34,131 nucleotides of DNA from Candidatus Sericytochromatia bacterium (GCA_035285125.1 JAYKHR010000041.1:1-34131); one strand, 5' to 3'; positions 21,987 through 31,418 are shown, counted from the stretch's first letter. Notes: generated by a model from the letters alone, not told the origin. Numbers and translations are program-made.

Positions 21987-23192
21987 TTGCGCATCCTGAC
22001 GATGAAGCTCATCGACCACCACCTCGGGCGCCTGCTGTGTGCGGCGCTCGGGCCCGCGCTGGGCGTGCCACCCGGCCAGCTGCCGGCTGCCCCCGGCGTC
22101 CGGTCCGTCGCCCTCGTCAAGTTCTGGGGCATGGGCTCGCTCGTGTTGCTCACGCCCGCGATCGCCGCCGTCCGCGCCCGCTGGCCGGGGGCGCGGGTGG
22201 TGGTGGTGACGCAGGCGGCCAACCGAGAGCTCGTCGGGCTGCTGCCCGGCGTCGATGGCGTGCTCACGCTGGAGGTCGGCCGGGGGCCCGGCGCGTTCCT
22301 CGCCTCGCTCGCGCGCCTCGTGCGCGACGTGCGTCGCGCGGCCTTCGACGTCTGGCTCGACGCGGAGTTCCTGACGCGCTTCAGCGCCCTGCTCACGGCC
22401 GTCTCGGGGGCCCGGGTGCGCGTGGGCTTCCACGTGCCGGAGGTGGCCCGGGGGCGCTTTCACCACGTCCGCCTGCCGTTCAATGGCCACCGCCACATGG
22501 TCGACAACTTCCTCTCGCTCGTGACGGGGGAGCTCGCGCCGCCGGCGGCGCCGGCCCCGCTCGCGGCGCTGCCCCCCACGGCGGAGGCGCGGGCCGCCCT
22601 CGACGCGCAGCTCGCCGCGCTCGGTGTCGGCCCCGATGAGCCCCTCGTGGTGCTCAACCCCAACGCCGGCGAGCTGGCGCTGGAGCGTCGGTGGCCCGTG
22701 GAGCGCTTCGGCCTGCTGGCGGGGGCCCTGCTCGAGGAGCTGCCCGGGCGGGTGGTGTTCGTCGGCGCCCCCGCCGAGCGCGGCCACGTGGCCCGGGCGC
22801 TCGCGGCCGCCCCCCAGGATGCCCGGGTGGTGGACCTCTCGGGCCAGACCGACCTGGCTGGCCTCGTCGCCCTCTTCGCGCGGGCCCGCCTGCTCGTCAG
22901 CAACGACACCGGGCCGCTGCACCTGGCCTGCGCCGTGGGCACGCCCACCGTCTCGATCTTCGGGCCCGAGACCCCGGTGCTCTTCGGGCCCCGCGGCCCC
23001 CACCACCGCATCGTCTACCGCGGCCTGGCCTGCAGCCCCTGCCTGAACGTCCACAACGGCCGCACCGTGCGCTGCCCCTACGCCGTCACCCACTGCGTCG
23101 AGGGGCTGCCCGTCGAGGCGGTCCTGGCGGCGGTTCGGGACGCCCTGCGCGGGGCGCCGGATGGTAGGATGTGGGCGGGAGGCGCCGCATGA
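21987..23192 (+). CDS. GT9 (ADP-heptose:LPS heptosyltransferase-like) glycosyltransferase
   Basis: TTG 21987 after GAGGGAG (alternative ATG 22002); [48 protein letters not shown]...C....C. Confidence 0.9.
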   Translation: MRILTMKLIDHHLGRLLCAALGPALGVPPGQLPAAPGVRSVALVKFWGMGSLVLLTPAIAAVRARWPGARVVVVTQAANRELVGLLPGVDGVLTLEVGRGPGAFLASLARLVRDVRRAAFDVWLDAEFLTRFSALLTAVSGARVRVGFHVPEVARGRFHHVRLPFNGHRHMVDNFLSLVTGELAPPAAPAPLAALPPTAEARAALDAQLAALGVGPDEPLVVLNPNAGELALERRWPVERFGLLAGALLEELPGRVVFVGAPAERGHVARALAAAPQDARVVDLSGQTDLAGLVALFARARLLVSNDTGPLHLACAVGTPTVSIFGPETPVLFGPRGPHHRIVYRGLACSPCLNVHNGRTVRCPYAVTHCVEGLPVEAVLAAVRDALRGAPDGRMWAGGAA

Positions 23193-24181
23193 TCGAGCGC
23201 AGGGTTCCAGCCGCCGGAGGCCCCATCCTGGTGACGGGGGGAGCCGGCTTCATCGGCAGCCACCTGGTCGACGCCCTGCTCGCGGCGGGCGAGCGGGTGG
23301 TGGTCCTCGACGACTTCAACGACTTCTACGACCCGGCCGTCAAGCGGGCCAACGTCGCCCCCCACCTGGCCGACCCGGCGTTTGCGCTGGTCGAGGGCGA
23401 CCTCCGCGACCCGGCCGCGATCGCCCGCTGCTTCGACGCCCACGGGCCCGACCGCGTGGTCCACCTGGCGGCCCGGGCGGGCGTGCGGCCCAGCCTGGAC
23501 GCCCCCTTGCTCTACCAGGAGGTCAACGTCACGGCGACGCTGCACCTGCTGGAGGCCTGCCGGCGCCACGGCGTGCGCAAGCTGGTGTTTGGCAGCAGCT
23601 CCAGCGTGTACGGCGAGAACGCCAAGGTGCCCTTCAGCGAGGCCGACCCCATCCCGGGGCCCATCAGCCCGTATGCTGCCACCAAGGCCGCGGGCGAGCT
23701 GCTGTGCCACACCTACAGCCACCTCTATGGCCTGCCCACCGTCTGCCTGCGCTTCTTCACCGTCTACGGCCCACGCCAGCGGCCGGACCTCGCCATCCAC
23801 AAGTTCGCCCGGCTGATCGAGGCCGGCCAACCCCTGCCGGTCTTCGGCGACGGCTCGACGGAGCGTGACTACACCTACGTGGACGACATCGTGGCGGGCA
23901 TCCGCGCGGCCTTGGCCTACGACGCCACCCGCTACGAGGTGATCAACCTCGGGAACTGCCGCACGATCGCCCTCACGGCTCTGATCACGGGGCTGGAGCG
24001 GGCGCTCGGCCGCGAGGCGGTGCTCGACCGCCGCCCGCTGCAGCCCGGCGACGTGCCGCGCACGTGCGCCGACGTCGAGAAGGCAGCGCGCCTGCTCGGC
24101 TACGCCCCGCAGACGCCCTTCGAGGCAGGCCTGGCGAGCTTCGTGGCGTGGCTGCGGGCGACGCCCGTGGGGGTCGCGTGA
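23189..24181 (+). CDS. NAD-dependent epimerase, UDP-glucuronate 4-epimerase-like
   Basis: [77 protein letters not shown]. Confidence 0.9.
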   Translation: MIERRVPAAGGPILVTGGAGFIGSHLVDALLAAGERVVVLDDFNDFYDPAVKRANVAPHLADPAFALVEGDLRDPAAIARCFDAHGPDRVVHLAARAGVRPSLDAPLLYQEVNVTATLHLLEACRRHGVRKLVFGSSSSVYGENAKVPFSEADPIPGPISPYAATKAAGELLCHTYSHLYGLPTVCLRFFTVYGPRQRPDLAIHKFARLIEAGQPLPVFGDGSTERDYTYVDDIVAGIRAALAYDATRYEVINLGNCRTIALTALITGLERALGREAVLDRRPLQPGDVPRTCADVEKAARLLGYAPQTPFEAGLASFVAWLRATPVGVA

Positions 24182-25188
24182 TGGCCTCGCCCTTCCAGGA
24201 CCCGCTCCTGCCCGCGTCGGCCGGGGGGGAGGCCGCCTCGCCCGACCTCTCCGTGTTCCTGCCCGTCTTCAACGAGGAGGGGAACCTCGGTCCCCTCGCC
24301 GAGAAGCTCGTGGCGCACCTCGACGCCCTCGGGCGGACCTGGGAGGTGATCTTCGTCGACGACGGCTCGACCGACCGCAGCTTCGAGCTGCTCACGGCGC
24401 TCGCCACCCGCGAGCCGCGCTTCAAGGTGGTGCGCTTCCGCCGCAACTACGGCCAGACGGCCGCGATGGCTGCCGGCATCCTGGCTGCCCGCGGCCGGAT
24501 CCTCGTGCCGATGGACGCCGATCTCCAGAACGACCCGGCCGACATCGTGCGCCTGCTTGCCAGGCTCGACGAGGGCTACGACGTCGTCTCCGGCTGGCGC
24601 AAGCACCGGCAGGACGCCGCGCTGACGCGCACGCTGCCCTCGCGCGTGGCCAACGGCCTCATCTCCTGGATCAGCGGCGTGCACCTGCATGACTACGGCT
24701 GCTCGCTGAAGGCCTACCGGCGCGAGGTGCTCTCGGACGTGCGGCTCTACGGCGAGATGCACCGCTTCATCCCGATCTACGCCTCGTGGCAGGGCGCGCG
24801 CGTCACGGAGGTGCCCGTCACCCACCACGCGCGCGTGGCCGGCGTGAGCAAGTACGGCCTCAACCGCATCTTCAAGGTCGTGCTCGACCTGATGGTCGTG
24901 AAGTTCCTCTCGAGCTACGCGACCAAGCCCATCTACGTCTTCGGGGGGGCGGCCCTCGCCGCGTTCGCGGGCGGCGGGCTGGCCGGCTCCTATGCGCTGT
25001 ACCTGAAGGCCATGCACCTTGCCGACTTCGTGCAGACGCCGCTGCCGCTCCTGACGGTGACGCTCGGGATGGTCGGCGTCCAGCTCTTGCTGCTCGGCCT
25101 GATCGCCGAGATGCTCACGCGCACCTACCACGAGTCGCAGGGCAAGCCGACCTTCACGGTGCGCCAGACGCTCAACCTCGAGCCCTGA
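24181..25188 (+). CDS. GT2 polyprenyl-phosphate glycosyltransferase (ArnC-like)
   Basis: PVFNEEGNL, VDDGSTD, RNYGQTAA, MDADLQNDPADI, LHDYGCSLKAYR, LYGEMHRFIP, SKYG, two C-terminal TMs. Confidence 0.93.
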   Translation: MASPFQDPLLPASAGGEAASPDLSVFLPVFNEEGNLGPLAEKLVAHLDALGRTWEVIFVDDGSTDRSFELLTALATREPRFKVVRFRRNYGQTAAMAAGILAARGRILVPMDADLQNDPADIVRLLARLDEGYDVVSGWRKHRQDAALTRTLPSRVANGLISWISGVHLHDYGCSLKAYRREVLSDVRLYGEMHRFIPIYASWQGARVTEVPVTHHARVAGVSKYGLNRIFKVVLDLMVVKFLSSYATKPIYVFGGAALAAFAGGGLAGSYALYLKAMHLADFVQTPLPLLTVTLGMVGVQLLLLGLIAEMLTRTYHESQGKPTFTVRQTLNLEP

Positions 25189-25192
25189 CGCC

Positions 25193-27118
25193 ATGTGCGG
25201 GATCACGGGCTGGCTGGCCCGCGGGGGCTGGCCTGCAGGCGGGCGCGAGCGGCTCGTTCGGATGTGCGATGCGATGCGCCACCGGGGCCCCGACGCCGAG
25301 GGGCTGTGGCTCGACGGCCCCGTGGCGCTCGGCATGCGGCGGCTGGCCGTGATCGACGTGGCGGGGGGCCAGCAGCCCATCGCCAACGAGGACGGCACGG
25401 TCCACGTCGTCTTCAACGGCGAGATCTACAACCACGCCGCGCTGCGCGAGGGCCTGCTGGCCCGCGGCCACCGGCTCGCCACCCGCAGCGACACCGAGGT
25501 GCTGGTGCACCTCTACGAGGAGCACGGCGAGGCGTTCGTCGAGCACCTCACAGGGATGTTCGCGATCGCGCTGTGGGACGCCCGCCGGCAGCGCTTGCTG
25601 CTCGCCCGCGACCGCCTCGGCGAGAAGCCGCTCTACTGGGCCGACCTCGACGGCGAGCTGGTCTTCGGCTCCGAGCTGAAGTGCCTGCTGGCCCACGGAG
25701 GCGTCGCCCGCGCGCTCGATTTGCCGGCCCTCTCGGCCTACCTCGCCTGCGAGTACGTGCCGGCGCCGCGCGCCATCCTGCGCGGCGTGCACAAGCTGCC
25801 GCCGGCCCACGTGCTGGTGGCTGACGCCGCCGGCGTGCGCGTCTCGCCCTACTGGCGGCTCGACCTCACGCCGCGCCGCCCGGCCCCTGGCGGCGCCGCC
25901 GCCGCGCAGGCGCTGGCGGACCACCTCACGCGCGCCGTGGGCCTCCAGCTCGTGGCGGATGTGCCGCTCGGCGTGTTCCTCTCGGGGGGCATCGACAGCT
26001 CGACGGTGGCCGCCGTGGCCGCCCGCGAGCTGCGCGCGCGCGGCGCCGGCCCCCTCGAGACCTTCTCGATCGGGTTCGCGGACCCGAGCTTCGACGAGAG
26101 CGCCCACGCCCGCGCCGTGGCGGCCCACATCGGCAGCCGCCACCACGAGCGCGTGCTGGAGCCGGCCCTGCTGCCGGCCCTGCTGCCCACCGTGACGGCC
26201 CTGCTCGACGAGCCCTTCGCCGACGCCTCGATCCTGCCCACGCACCTGCTCGCCGCCTTCGCCCGCGAGCACGTCACGGTCGCGCTCGGCGGCGACGGCG
26301 GCGACGAGCTCTTTGCCGGCTACCCGACCTACCAGGCCGCGCGGGCGGCCAGCCTGCTCGACGGCCTGCCTGTGGGCCTCAGGCAAGCCTCGGCCGCCGC
26401 GCTGCGGGCGGGCGTGGGCTGGCTGCCCGTCAGCCACGACAACCTCAGCCTCGACTTCAAGCTCAAGCGCTTCGCGGGCGCGCTGGCCGCAAGCCCCCTC
26501 GAGCGTCACGCCACCTGGCTCGGCGCCTTCGACCCCGGGCTGCAGGCCGGCCTGCTCACGGCTGACGTCCGGGCGGCCCTGCGGGACGAGGACCCCTGGG
26601 CGTCGCAGGCCGCCGCCTGGGCCGCGGGCCACGGGCTCGACCCGACGGCCCGGCTGCTGGGGGTGGATCTTCGCACCTACCTGCCGGACGACATCCTCTT
26701 CAAGGTGGATCGCGCGAGCATGATGGCCTCGCTCGAGACCCGCGCGCCGCTGCTGGACCACCACCTCGTGGCCTGGGCGGCGGGGCTGCCCAGCGGCCTC
26801 AAGCTGCGGGGCTGGCAGACCAAGCACCTGCTCAAGCGGGTCGCCGGGGGCCTGCTGCCGGCGGCCATCGTGCAACGGCCGAAGAAGGGCTTCGGCATCC
26901 CGGTGGCGCGCTGGCTGCGGGGCGAGCTGCGCGGCCAGCTGCTCGAGCTGCTCTCGGCCGAGCGCCTGCGGGCCGGCGGCCTCTTCGAGCCCGCCTTCGT
27001 GGCGCGCCTCGTGCGGGAGCACCTCGACGGCCGCGTCGACCACCGCAAGCTGCTCTGGACCCTGATGATGTTCGAGTGGTGGCGCGAGCGCTACCTGCTC
27101 GGCCCCTCGCGCTCGTAG
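25193..27118 (+). CDS. asnB: Asparagine synthase (glutamine-hydrolysing)-family amidotransferase, probably glycan-amidating
   Basis: MCGI, HRGPD, RRLAVID, FNGEIYN, RDRLGEKPLY, FLSGGIDSS, GDGGDELFAGY, KVDRASM..SLE.R.P.LD, RPKKGFGIP. Confidence 0.95.
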   Translation: MCGITGWLARGGWPAGGRERLVRMCDAMRHRGPDAEGLWLDGPVALGMRRLAVIDVAGGQQPIANEDGTVHVVFNGEIYNHAALREGLLARGHRLATRSDTEVLVHLYEEHGEAFVEHLTGMFAIALWDARRQRLLLARDRLGEKPLYWADLDGELVFGSELKCLLAHGGVARALDLPALSAYLACEYVPAPRAILRGVHKLPPAHVLVADAAGVRVSPYWRLDLTPRRPAPGGAAAAQALADHLTRAVGLQLVADVPLGVFLSGGIDSSTVAAVAARELRARGAGPLETFSIGFADPSFDESAHARAVAAHIGSRHHERVLEPALLPALLPTVTALLDEPFADASILPTHLLAAFAREHVTVALGGDGGDELFAGYPTYQAARAASLLDGLPVGLRQASAAALRAGVGWLPVSHDNLSLDFKLKRFAGALAASPLERHATWLGAFDPGLQAGLLTADVRAALRDEDPWASQAAAWAAGHGLDPTARLLGVDLRTYLPDDILFKVDRASMMASLETRAPLLDHHLVAWAAGLPSGLKLRGWQTKHLLKRVAGGLLPAAIVQRPKKGFGIPVARWLRGELRGQLLELLSAERLRAGGLFEPAFVARLVREHLDGRVDHRKLLWTLMMFEWWRERYLLGPSRS

Positions 27119-28731
27119 ATCTCGGCGTTGAGCGTCGCGCCCGTGAGGCTGAAGGTGCGGTGCGGCAGGGTCGCCACCTTGCGGTAGCCCGGCAGCGGGT
27201 GGGGCCACTCGGCCTCCCGCAGCGCTGGCGTCAGGGGGGCGAGCGGCGCCCAGACCACGAAGCGTGGCCGGTCACGCAGCACGCCCGCCCAGTAGCGGTC
27301 GAACTCGGCGGGCGCGTAGTAGCCCATGTGCGGCGCCGTCATGTGGTTCCAGCGCCCGACGACGGGGGCCACGTAGATGCCCCAGTACCCGGCGTAGGGC
27401 CAGGCCGTGAGGCGATCGCCCGGCTGCACGCGGGCCTTCAGCCAGCGCACGCCCTCCGCATCCGCGAGCAGCGCGTCGGGCCGAAGGCCCTGGCCCCAGC
27501 GCTGCGGCGCGACGCGCATGTCGTTGAGCCACAGCCCCACCCCGCCAGCCAGCAGGGCGCCCAGCGCCAGGGCCGGCAGCGGGCGCCACGCCGCGAAGGC
27601 CGCCGGCAGCGGTTGGCGCGCCACCCGGGCCGCCAGGCCCGTGGCGAGCAGCAGGCTCGGCCACACGTAACCGACCACGTGGATCACGTCCACGCGGCCC
27701 CGCAGCGTGGCGAGCAGCAGCCCTGTCGCCAGCAGCACGAGCAGGGCGTGGGCCCGCTCGGTGGGGAGCCAGCGCGTGCCCTCGCGCCAGCGGCGCCAGA
27801 GCACGCCCAGCCCCCAGAGCAGCCCGAGCAGGGGCCCCCCGAGGTACAGGCCGTACAGCCCGCCGAGGTGCAGCAGCTTGCCGTAGAACCACGGCCCGAA
27901 GGGCAGGGCCAGCTGGGGTGTGAAGGGCGTGAGCTGGACCGCGAGGTCCGTGGCGAGGGGGATGTCGTTGAACCCCCCTGCCGTGCGGTACTGGGCGAAG
28001 GGCCACACCCAGCAGTCGCGGTAGGCCGCGCCGAGCGCGTCGTGGGCGGCGAGCCAGCCGCCGGCCGCGAGCCCGACGGCCCCGAAGCCCAGCCCCAGCC
28101 CCAGCCCGGCGCGCGCGAGGGCCCGTCGCGGCGCCTCGCCGAGCCAGGCCTCCAGCCCCAGCAGGGCCACGAGGGCGAGCGTGAGCACCAGCCCGTCGGA
28201 CTGCAGCACGAGGACGGCCAGCGCGGCGCAGGCCCCGGCGCCCAGCCAGGCCCGGCCCGTCCCCGAGGCCAGCCCCCGCAGCGCCAGCAGCGATGCCCCC
28301 GCGAGCCAGGGCAGCACCAGCCAGTGGTGGTTGTACGAGGGGATCCAGCGGTGCAGCGCGAGGCCGAGCACCAGCCCGGGCCAGGCAGCCCCGAGGGGGC
28401 CTGCCCCGAGCTGGCGGGCGAGGGCGTACCAGAGCAGGCCCGTGGCGAGCAGGCTGGCCTCCTGCAGCAGCCGGGGCCCGAGCACGCCCGGCCCCAGCCA
28501 GGCCTGTCCCAGCGCCGCGAGCCAGGCCGTGGCAGGGGGCGTGAACTGGAAGTAGTCGCGGTAGATCACCTCGCCGCGCAGCAGCCGCAGGCCGTCGTGG
28601 ACGAAGGTCCACTCGTCGCAGTTCGTCACGCCCGCGCCGGCGAACAGCCAGCCGCTGCCGAGCAGGGCGCCGACCAGCGTGACGAGCGCGAGCGCGGCGC
28701 GGCCGCCCGTGGCCTCAGGACGCGTCGACAC
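27091..28731 (-). CDS. ArnT/PMT-like GT-C membrane glycosyltransferase (tandem copy 2)
   Basis: First TM followed by NCDEW...DGLRL.RGEVIYRDYFQFTPP; multiple TMs; soluble C-terminal domain; near-colinear with 28715-30334. Confidence 0.72.
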   Translation of the reverse strand: MSTRPEATGGRAALALVTLVGALLGSGWLFAGAGVTNCDEWTFVHDGLRLLRGEVIYRDYFQFTPPATAWLAALGQAWLGPGVLGPRLLQEASLLATGLLWYALARQLGAGPLGAAWPGLVLGLALHRWIPSYNHHWLVLPWLAGASLLALRGLASGTGRAWLGAGACAALAVLVLQSDGLVLTLALVALLGLEAWLGEAPRRALARAGLGLGLGFGAVGLAAGGWLAAHDALGAAYRDCWVWPFAQYRTAGGFNDIPLATDLAVQLTPFTPQLALPFGPWFYGKLLHLGGLYGLYLGGPLLGLLWGLGVLWRRWREGTRWLPTERAHALLVLLATGLLLATLRGRVDVIHVVGYVWPSLLLATGLAARVARQPLPAAFAAWRPLPALALGALLAGGVGLWLNDMRVAPQRWGQGLRPDALLADAEGVRWLKARVQPGDRLTAWPYAGYWGIYVAPVVGRWNHMTAPHMGYYAPAEFDRYWAGVLRDRPRFVVWAPLAPLTPALREAEWPHPLPGYRKVATLPHRTFSLTGATLNAEIYEREGPSR

Positions 28732-30334
28732 GTTCGTACACCTCGGCCTCGAGGGCGTCGACGCCCGACACGTCGAAGATGGGGTGGGGCAGCGTGGCCA
28801 CGCGGCGGTAGCCGGGCAGGGGCCAGAGCCACTCGGCCTGGCGCAGGGCCGGCGTGATGGGCTGCTGGGGGCACCAGATCACGAAGCGCGGCCGGTCGCG
28901 CCGCAGCCCCTCCCAGAAGGCCCGGTACTCCCCCGGGCTGTAGTAGCCCACGTGGGGGGGCGTCATGTGGTTCCAGCGGCCGACGACGGGGCCCGCGTAG
29001 ACGCCCCAGTAGCCCGCGTAGTGCCAGGCTGCGAGGCGATCGCCGGGGCGCAGGCGCGCCCGCAAGAAGCGGACGCTGGCGAAGTCGGAGAGCAGGGCGT
29101 CCGGGTGCAGGCCCTGGGCCCAGCGCTGGGGGGCGATGCGCATGTCGTTGAGCCAGAGGCCGGCCCCCGTGCCCACCCAGGCCGCGAGCGCCAGCGCCGG
29201 CAGCGGCCGCCAGGCTGCGAGCGCCAGGGGCGGCCGCCAGCGCAGCGTCGCGGCCGCGGCCCCGGCTGCGAGCAGCAGGCTCGGCCAGACGTAGCAGGCC
29301 ACGTGGATGGCGTCCACGCGGCCCCGCAGCGTGGCCCCGACCAGCCCCGCCGCGAGCAGCACGACGAGCCCCGCCGCCCGCTCGTCGGGCTGCCAGCGGA
29401 CGCCCTCGCGCCAGCGCCGGACGAGCAGCCCGAGCCCCCACAGCACGCCCAGCAGGGGCGTGAGCACGTACAGCGCGTACAGCCCGAACAGGTGGTAGAC
29501 CTTGCCGTAAAACCAGGCGGCGAAGGGCAGGTGCAGGTGCGCCGTGAAGGGCGAGAGCAGCAGCGGGAGGTCCGTCGCGAGCGGGATGTCGTTGAAGCCC
29601 CCGGGCGTGCGGTACTGCTGCAGCGGCCACACCCAGCAGTCGCGGTAGGCCGCGCCGAGGGCGCCGTGGGCCGCGAGCCAGGCGGCCCCCGCGCCGAGGG
29701 CCACGCCCAGCCCCGCGAGCAGGGCCGCGAGCGACGCCCGCCAGCGCGGCGTCGGCCCCGTCCCGAGCCAGGCCTCCAGCCCGTGCCAGAGCAGCAGGGC
29801 GATCACGAGCACGCCGCCGTCCGACTGCAGCACCCAGCAGGCTGCGCCCGCGAGCACGCCCGCCCCGAAGGTGGCAGCCCGCCCGCCGGGGGCCTCTGCC
29901 CCCCGCAGCGCGAGCAGCAGCGCCCCCGCGAGCCACGGCAGCACGAGCCAGTGGTGGCTGTAGGCCGGGATGAAGCGGTGCAGCGCGAACACCGGCGCGA
30001 GGGCTGGCCAAAGGGCCAGCCACGGCCCGCAGCCCAGGCGCCGCGCGAGGCCATACAGCAGCAGGCCCGTCAGCACGAGCCCGCCCTCCTGCACCAGCCG
30101 CGGCCCCAGCACGCCCGGCCCCAGGGCCGCCTGCGCCAGCCCGCCGAGCCACGCGGCACCAGGCGGCGTGAACTGGAAGTAGTCGCGGTGGATCACCTCC
30201 CCGCGCACGAGGCGCAGGCCGTCATGCACAAACGTCCACTCGTCGCAGTTCGTGACGCCTGCGCCGGCGAAGAGCCAGGCCCCCAGCAGCAGCGGAGGAA
30301 GCAGGACGACGAGGGCGAGGCGGTCCCAGGGCAC
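28715..30334 (-). CDS. ArnT/PMT-like GT-C membrane glycosyltransferase (tandem copy 1)
   Basis: GTG after GAGGAG; same DE motif and G...RD.F...PP loop; multiple TMs. Confidence 0.72.
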   Translation of the reverse strand: MPWDRLALVVLLPPLLLGAWLFAGAGVTNCDEWTFVHDGLRLVRGEVIHRDYFQFTPPGAAWLGGLAQAALGPGVLGPRLVQEGGLVLTGLLLYGLARRLGCGPWLALWPALAPVFALHRFIPAYSHHWLVLPWLAGALLLALRGAEAPGGRAATFGAGVLAGAACWVLQSDGGVLVIALLLWHGLEAWLGTGPTPRWRASLAALLAGLGVALGAGAAWLAAHGALGAAYRDCWVWPLQQYRTPGGFNDIPLATDLPLLLSPFTAHLHLPFAAWFYGKVYHLFGLYALYVLTPLLGVLWGLGLLVRRWREGVRWQPDERAAGLVVLLAAGLVGATLRGRVDAIHVACYVWPSLLLAAGAAAATLRWRPPLALAAWRPLPALALAAWVGTGAGLWLNDMRIAPQRWAQGLHPDALLSDFASVRFLRARLRPGDRLAAWHYAGYWGVYAGPVVGRWNHMTPPHVGYYSPGEYRAFWEGLRRDRPRFVIWCPQQPITPALRQAEWLWPLPGYRRVATLPHPIFDVSGVDALEAEVYERVDAS

Positions 30335-30341
30335 GCGGGCG

Positions 30342-31286
30342 TTACTCCTCCGCCAGCCGGCCCGAGACCACCAGCGCCCGGTTGCCCAGCACGCGCCCCG
30401 GGCCGCTCAGGGCGACGCCCAGCCGCGCCCGCCCGGCAGCCGAAGCCCACCGGTGCACGCCCGGGAGGCCGGGCACGGCCTCGAGGCCCGCAGGCACCTC
30501 GAAGCTGGCCAGGGCCAGCAGCACCTCGAGCGTGCCGCCGTCGACGTCGCGCGGGGCGCCGTCGCCCACCAGCCAGGTCCCCGTGAGCGCCACCCGCGAG
30601 GCCGTCAGGGCAGCCAGGTTCCGGTCCGCGTCGAGCACCAGCCCGGCCAGGGGCGCCGGGCTGCCCGCCCAGCGCGTCTCGACGGGCAGCCCTGAGAGGC
30701 CCTCGGCCTCGTCGGGGGCTGCGGCCGGGTCGGCTGCCCGCCGCGTGAACCCGAGCAGGTGGAGCCCGAAGAGCTTCGGGCGCAGCACCTGCCTGGCACC
30801 CGCGGCGTCCCGGGCGAGCTCCACCGGGCCAAGCCTCGTGAAGAGAAGCTCTGCGGGGTCCGTGGGCCGCTCCCGCGAGGCGAGCACGAAGTAGGCGGGG
30901 CCGGAGGGCGCGAGGTCCAGGGCCCGGCCCGTCTCGAGGAACCCGCCTGCGGCCCCTGGCGAGGCGGAGGCGGCGGGCGAGGGCGAGGCCTCGGGCGGGA
31001 GGCTGGCCGTGGCCTCGCCGTCTGGCCGCACGGGGGTCGGGGTGGTCGCCGGGGTGGCGACCGTCGTCGGCTCGGGCGTCGCCACCGGCGGGGCGGACAC
31101 CCGCTCGGGGCTCGCGAGCACCCGCGGCGCCGGGGTCGCCGGCGTGGGCAGGGGCACGGGCGTGGCCGTGGGGGGCGGGCTGACGCCGGCCCCCACCGGG
31201 GCGACGGCCATGTCGCAGGCGGTGATCAGCGCGGGGGTGGTGATCAGAACCAGCGCCCGGCGGGCGCGCGTGACGGAGCTTGGCAC
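30342..31286 (-). CDS. Lipoprotein with Pro/Thr/Ala linker and an isolated flagellar hook/basal-body rod (FlgE/F/G)-like core domain
   Basis: GTG 31286; lipobox ITAC; linker; then FLETGRALDLAPSGPAYFVL...LLFTRLG...G.HLLGF and LALASFEVPAGLE...SAAG...SGRL, matching hook/rod TGxxLDLAIxGxGFF..YTRxG and LAxFxNPxGL motifs. Track start 31586 is over-extended. Confidence 0.7.
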   Translation of the reverse strand: MPSSVTRARRALVLITTPALITACDMAVAPVGAGVSPPPTATPVPLPTPATPAPRVLASPERVSAPPVATPEPTTVATPATTPTPVRPDGEATASLPPEASPSPAASASPGAAGGFLETGRALDLAPSGPAYFVLASRERPTDPAELLFTRLGPVELARDAAGARQVLRPKLFGLHLLGFTRRAADPAAAPDEAEGLSGLPVETRWAGSPAPLAGLVLDADRNLAALTASRVALTGTWLVGDGAPRDVDGGTLEVLLALASFEVPAGLEAVPGLPGVHRWASAAGRARLGVALSGPGRVLGNRALVVSGRLAEE

Positions 31287-31333
31287 GAGGCCCCTATACC
31301 CGGCCGGCGGCGGGGGGCGCCAGGCCACGCCCC

Positions 31334-31364
31334 GTGACACAAGGGGGTAATCGTCGTATATAAT
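31334..31364 (+). promoter_or_regulatory. Sigma70-like promoter of the response regulator
   Basis: Perfect TATAAT at 31359-31364 in a locally AT-rich patch; GTGACA at 31334-31339 (19-nt spacer). Confidence 0.6.
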
Positions 31365-31418
31365 GCAACACGGGGTCGGTTTGTGGCCTCGGGTCAAGCC
31401 GCAAGCCTTGGAGCCCCC

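Noticed and set aside
21781..21999. 72-aa ORF between modules A and B
   Set aside because: No motif or RBS, weak codon bias, and it overlaps a candidate promoter and the GT9 start; probably intergenic.
25172..30586. Long opposite-strand ORFs over asnB and the GT-C pair (678, 593 and 635 aa)
   Set aside because: Low-complexity Arg/Gly/Pro/Ala translations typical of antisense frames in GC-rich genes.
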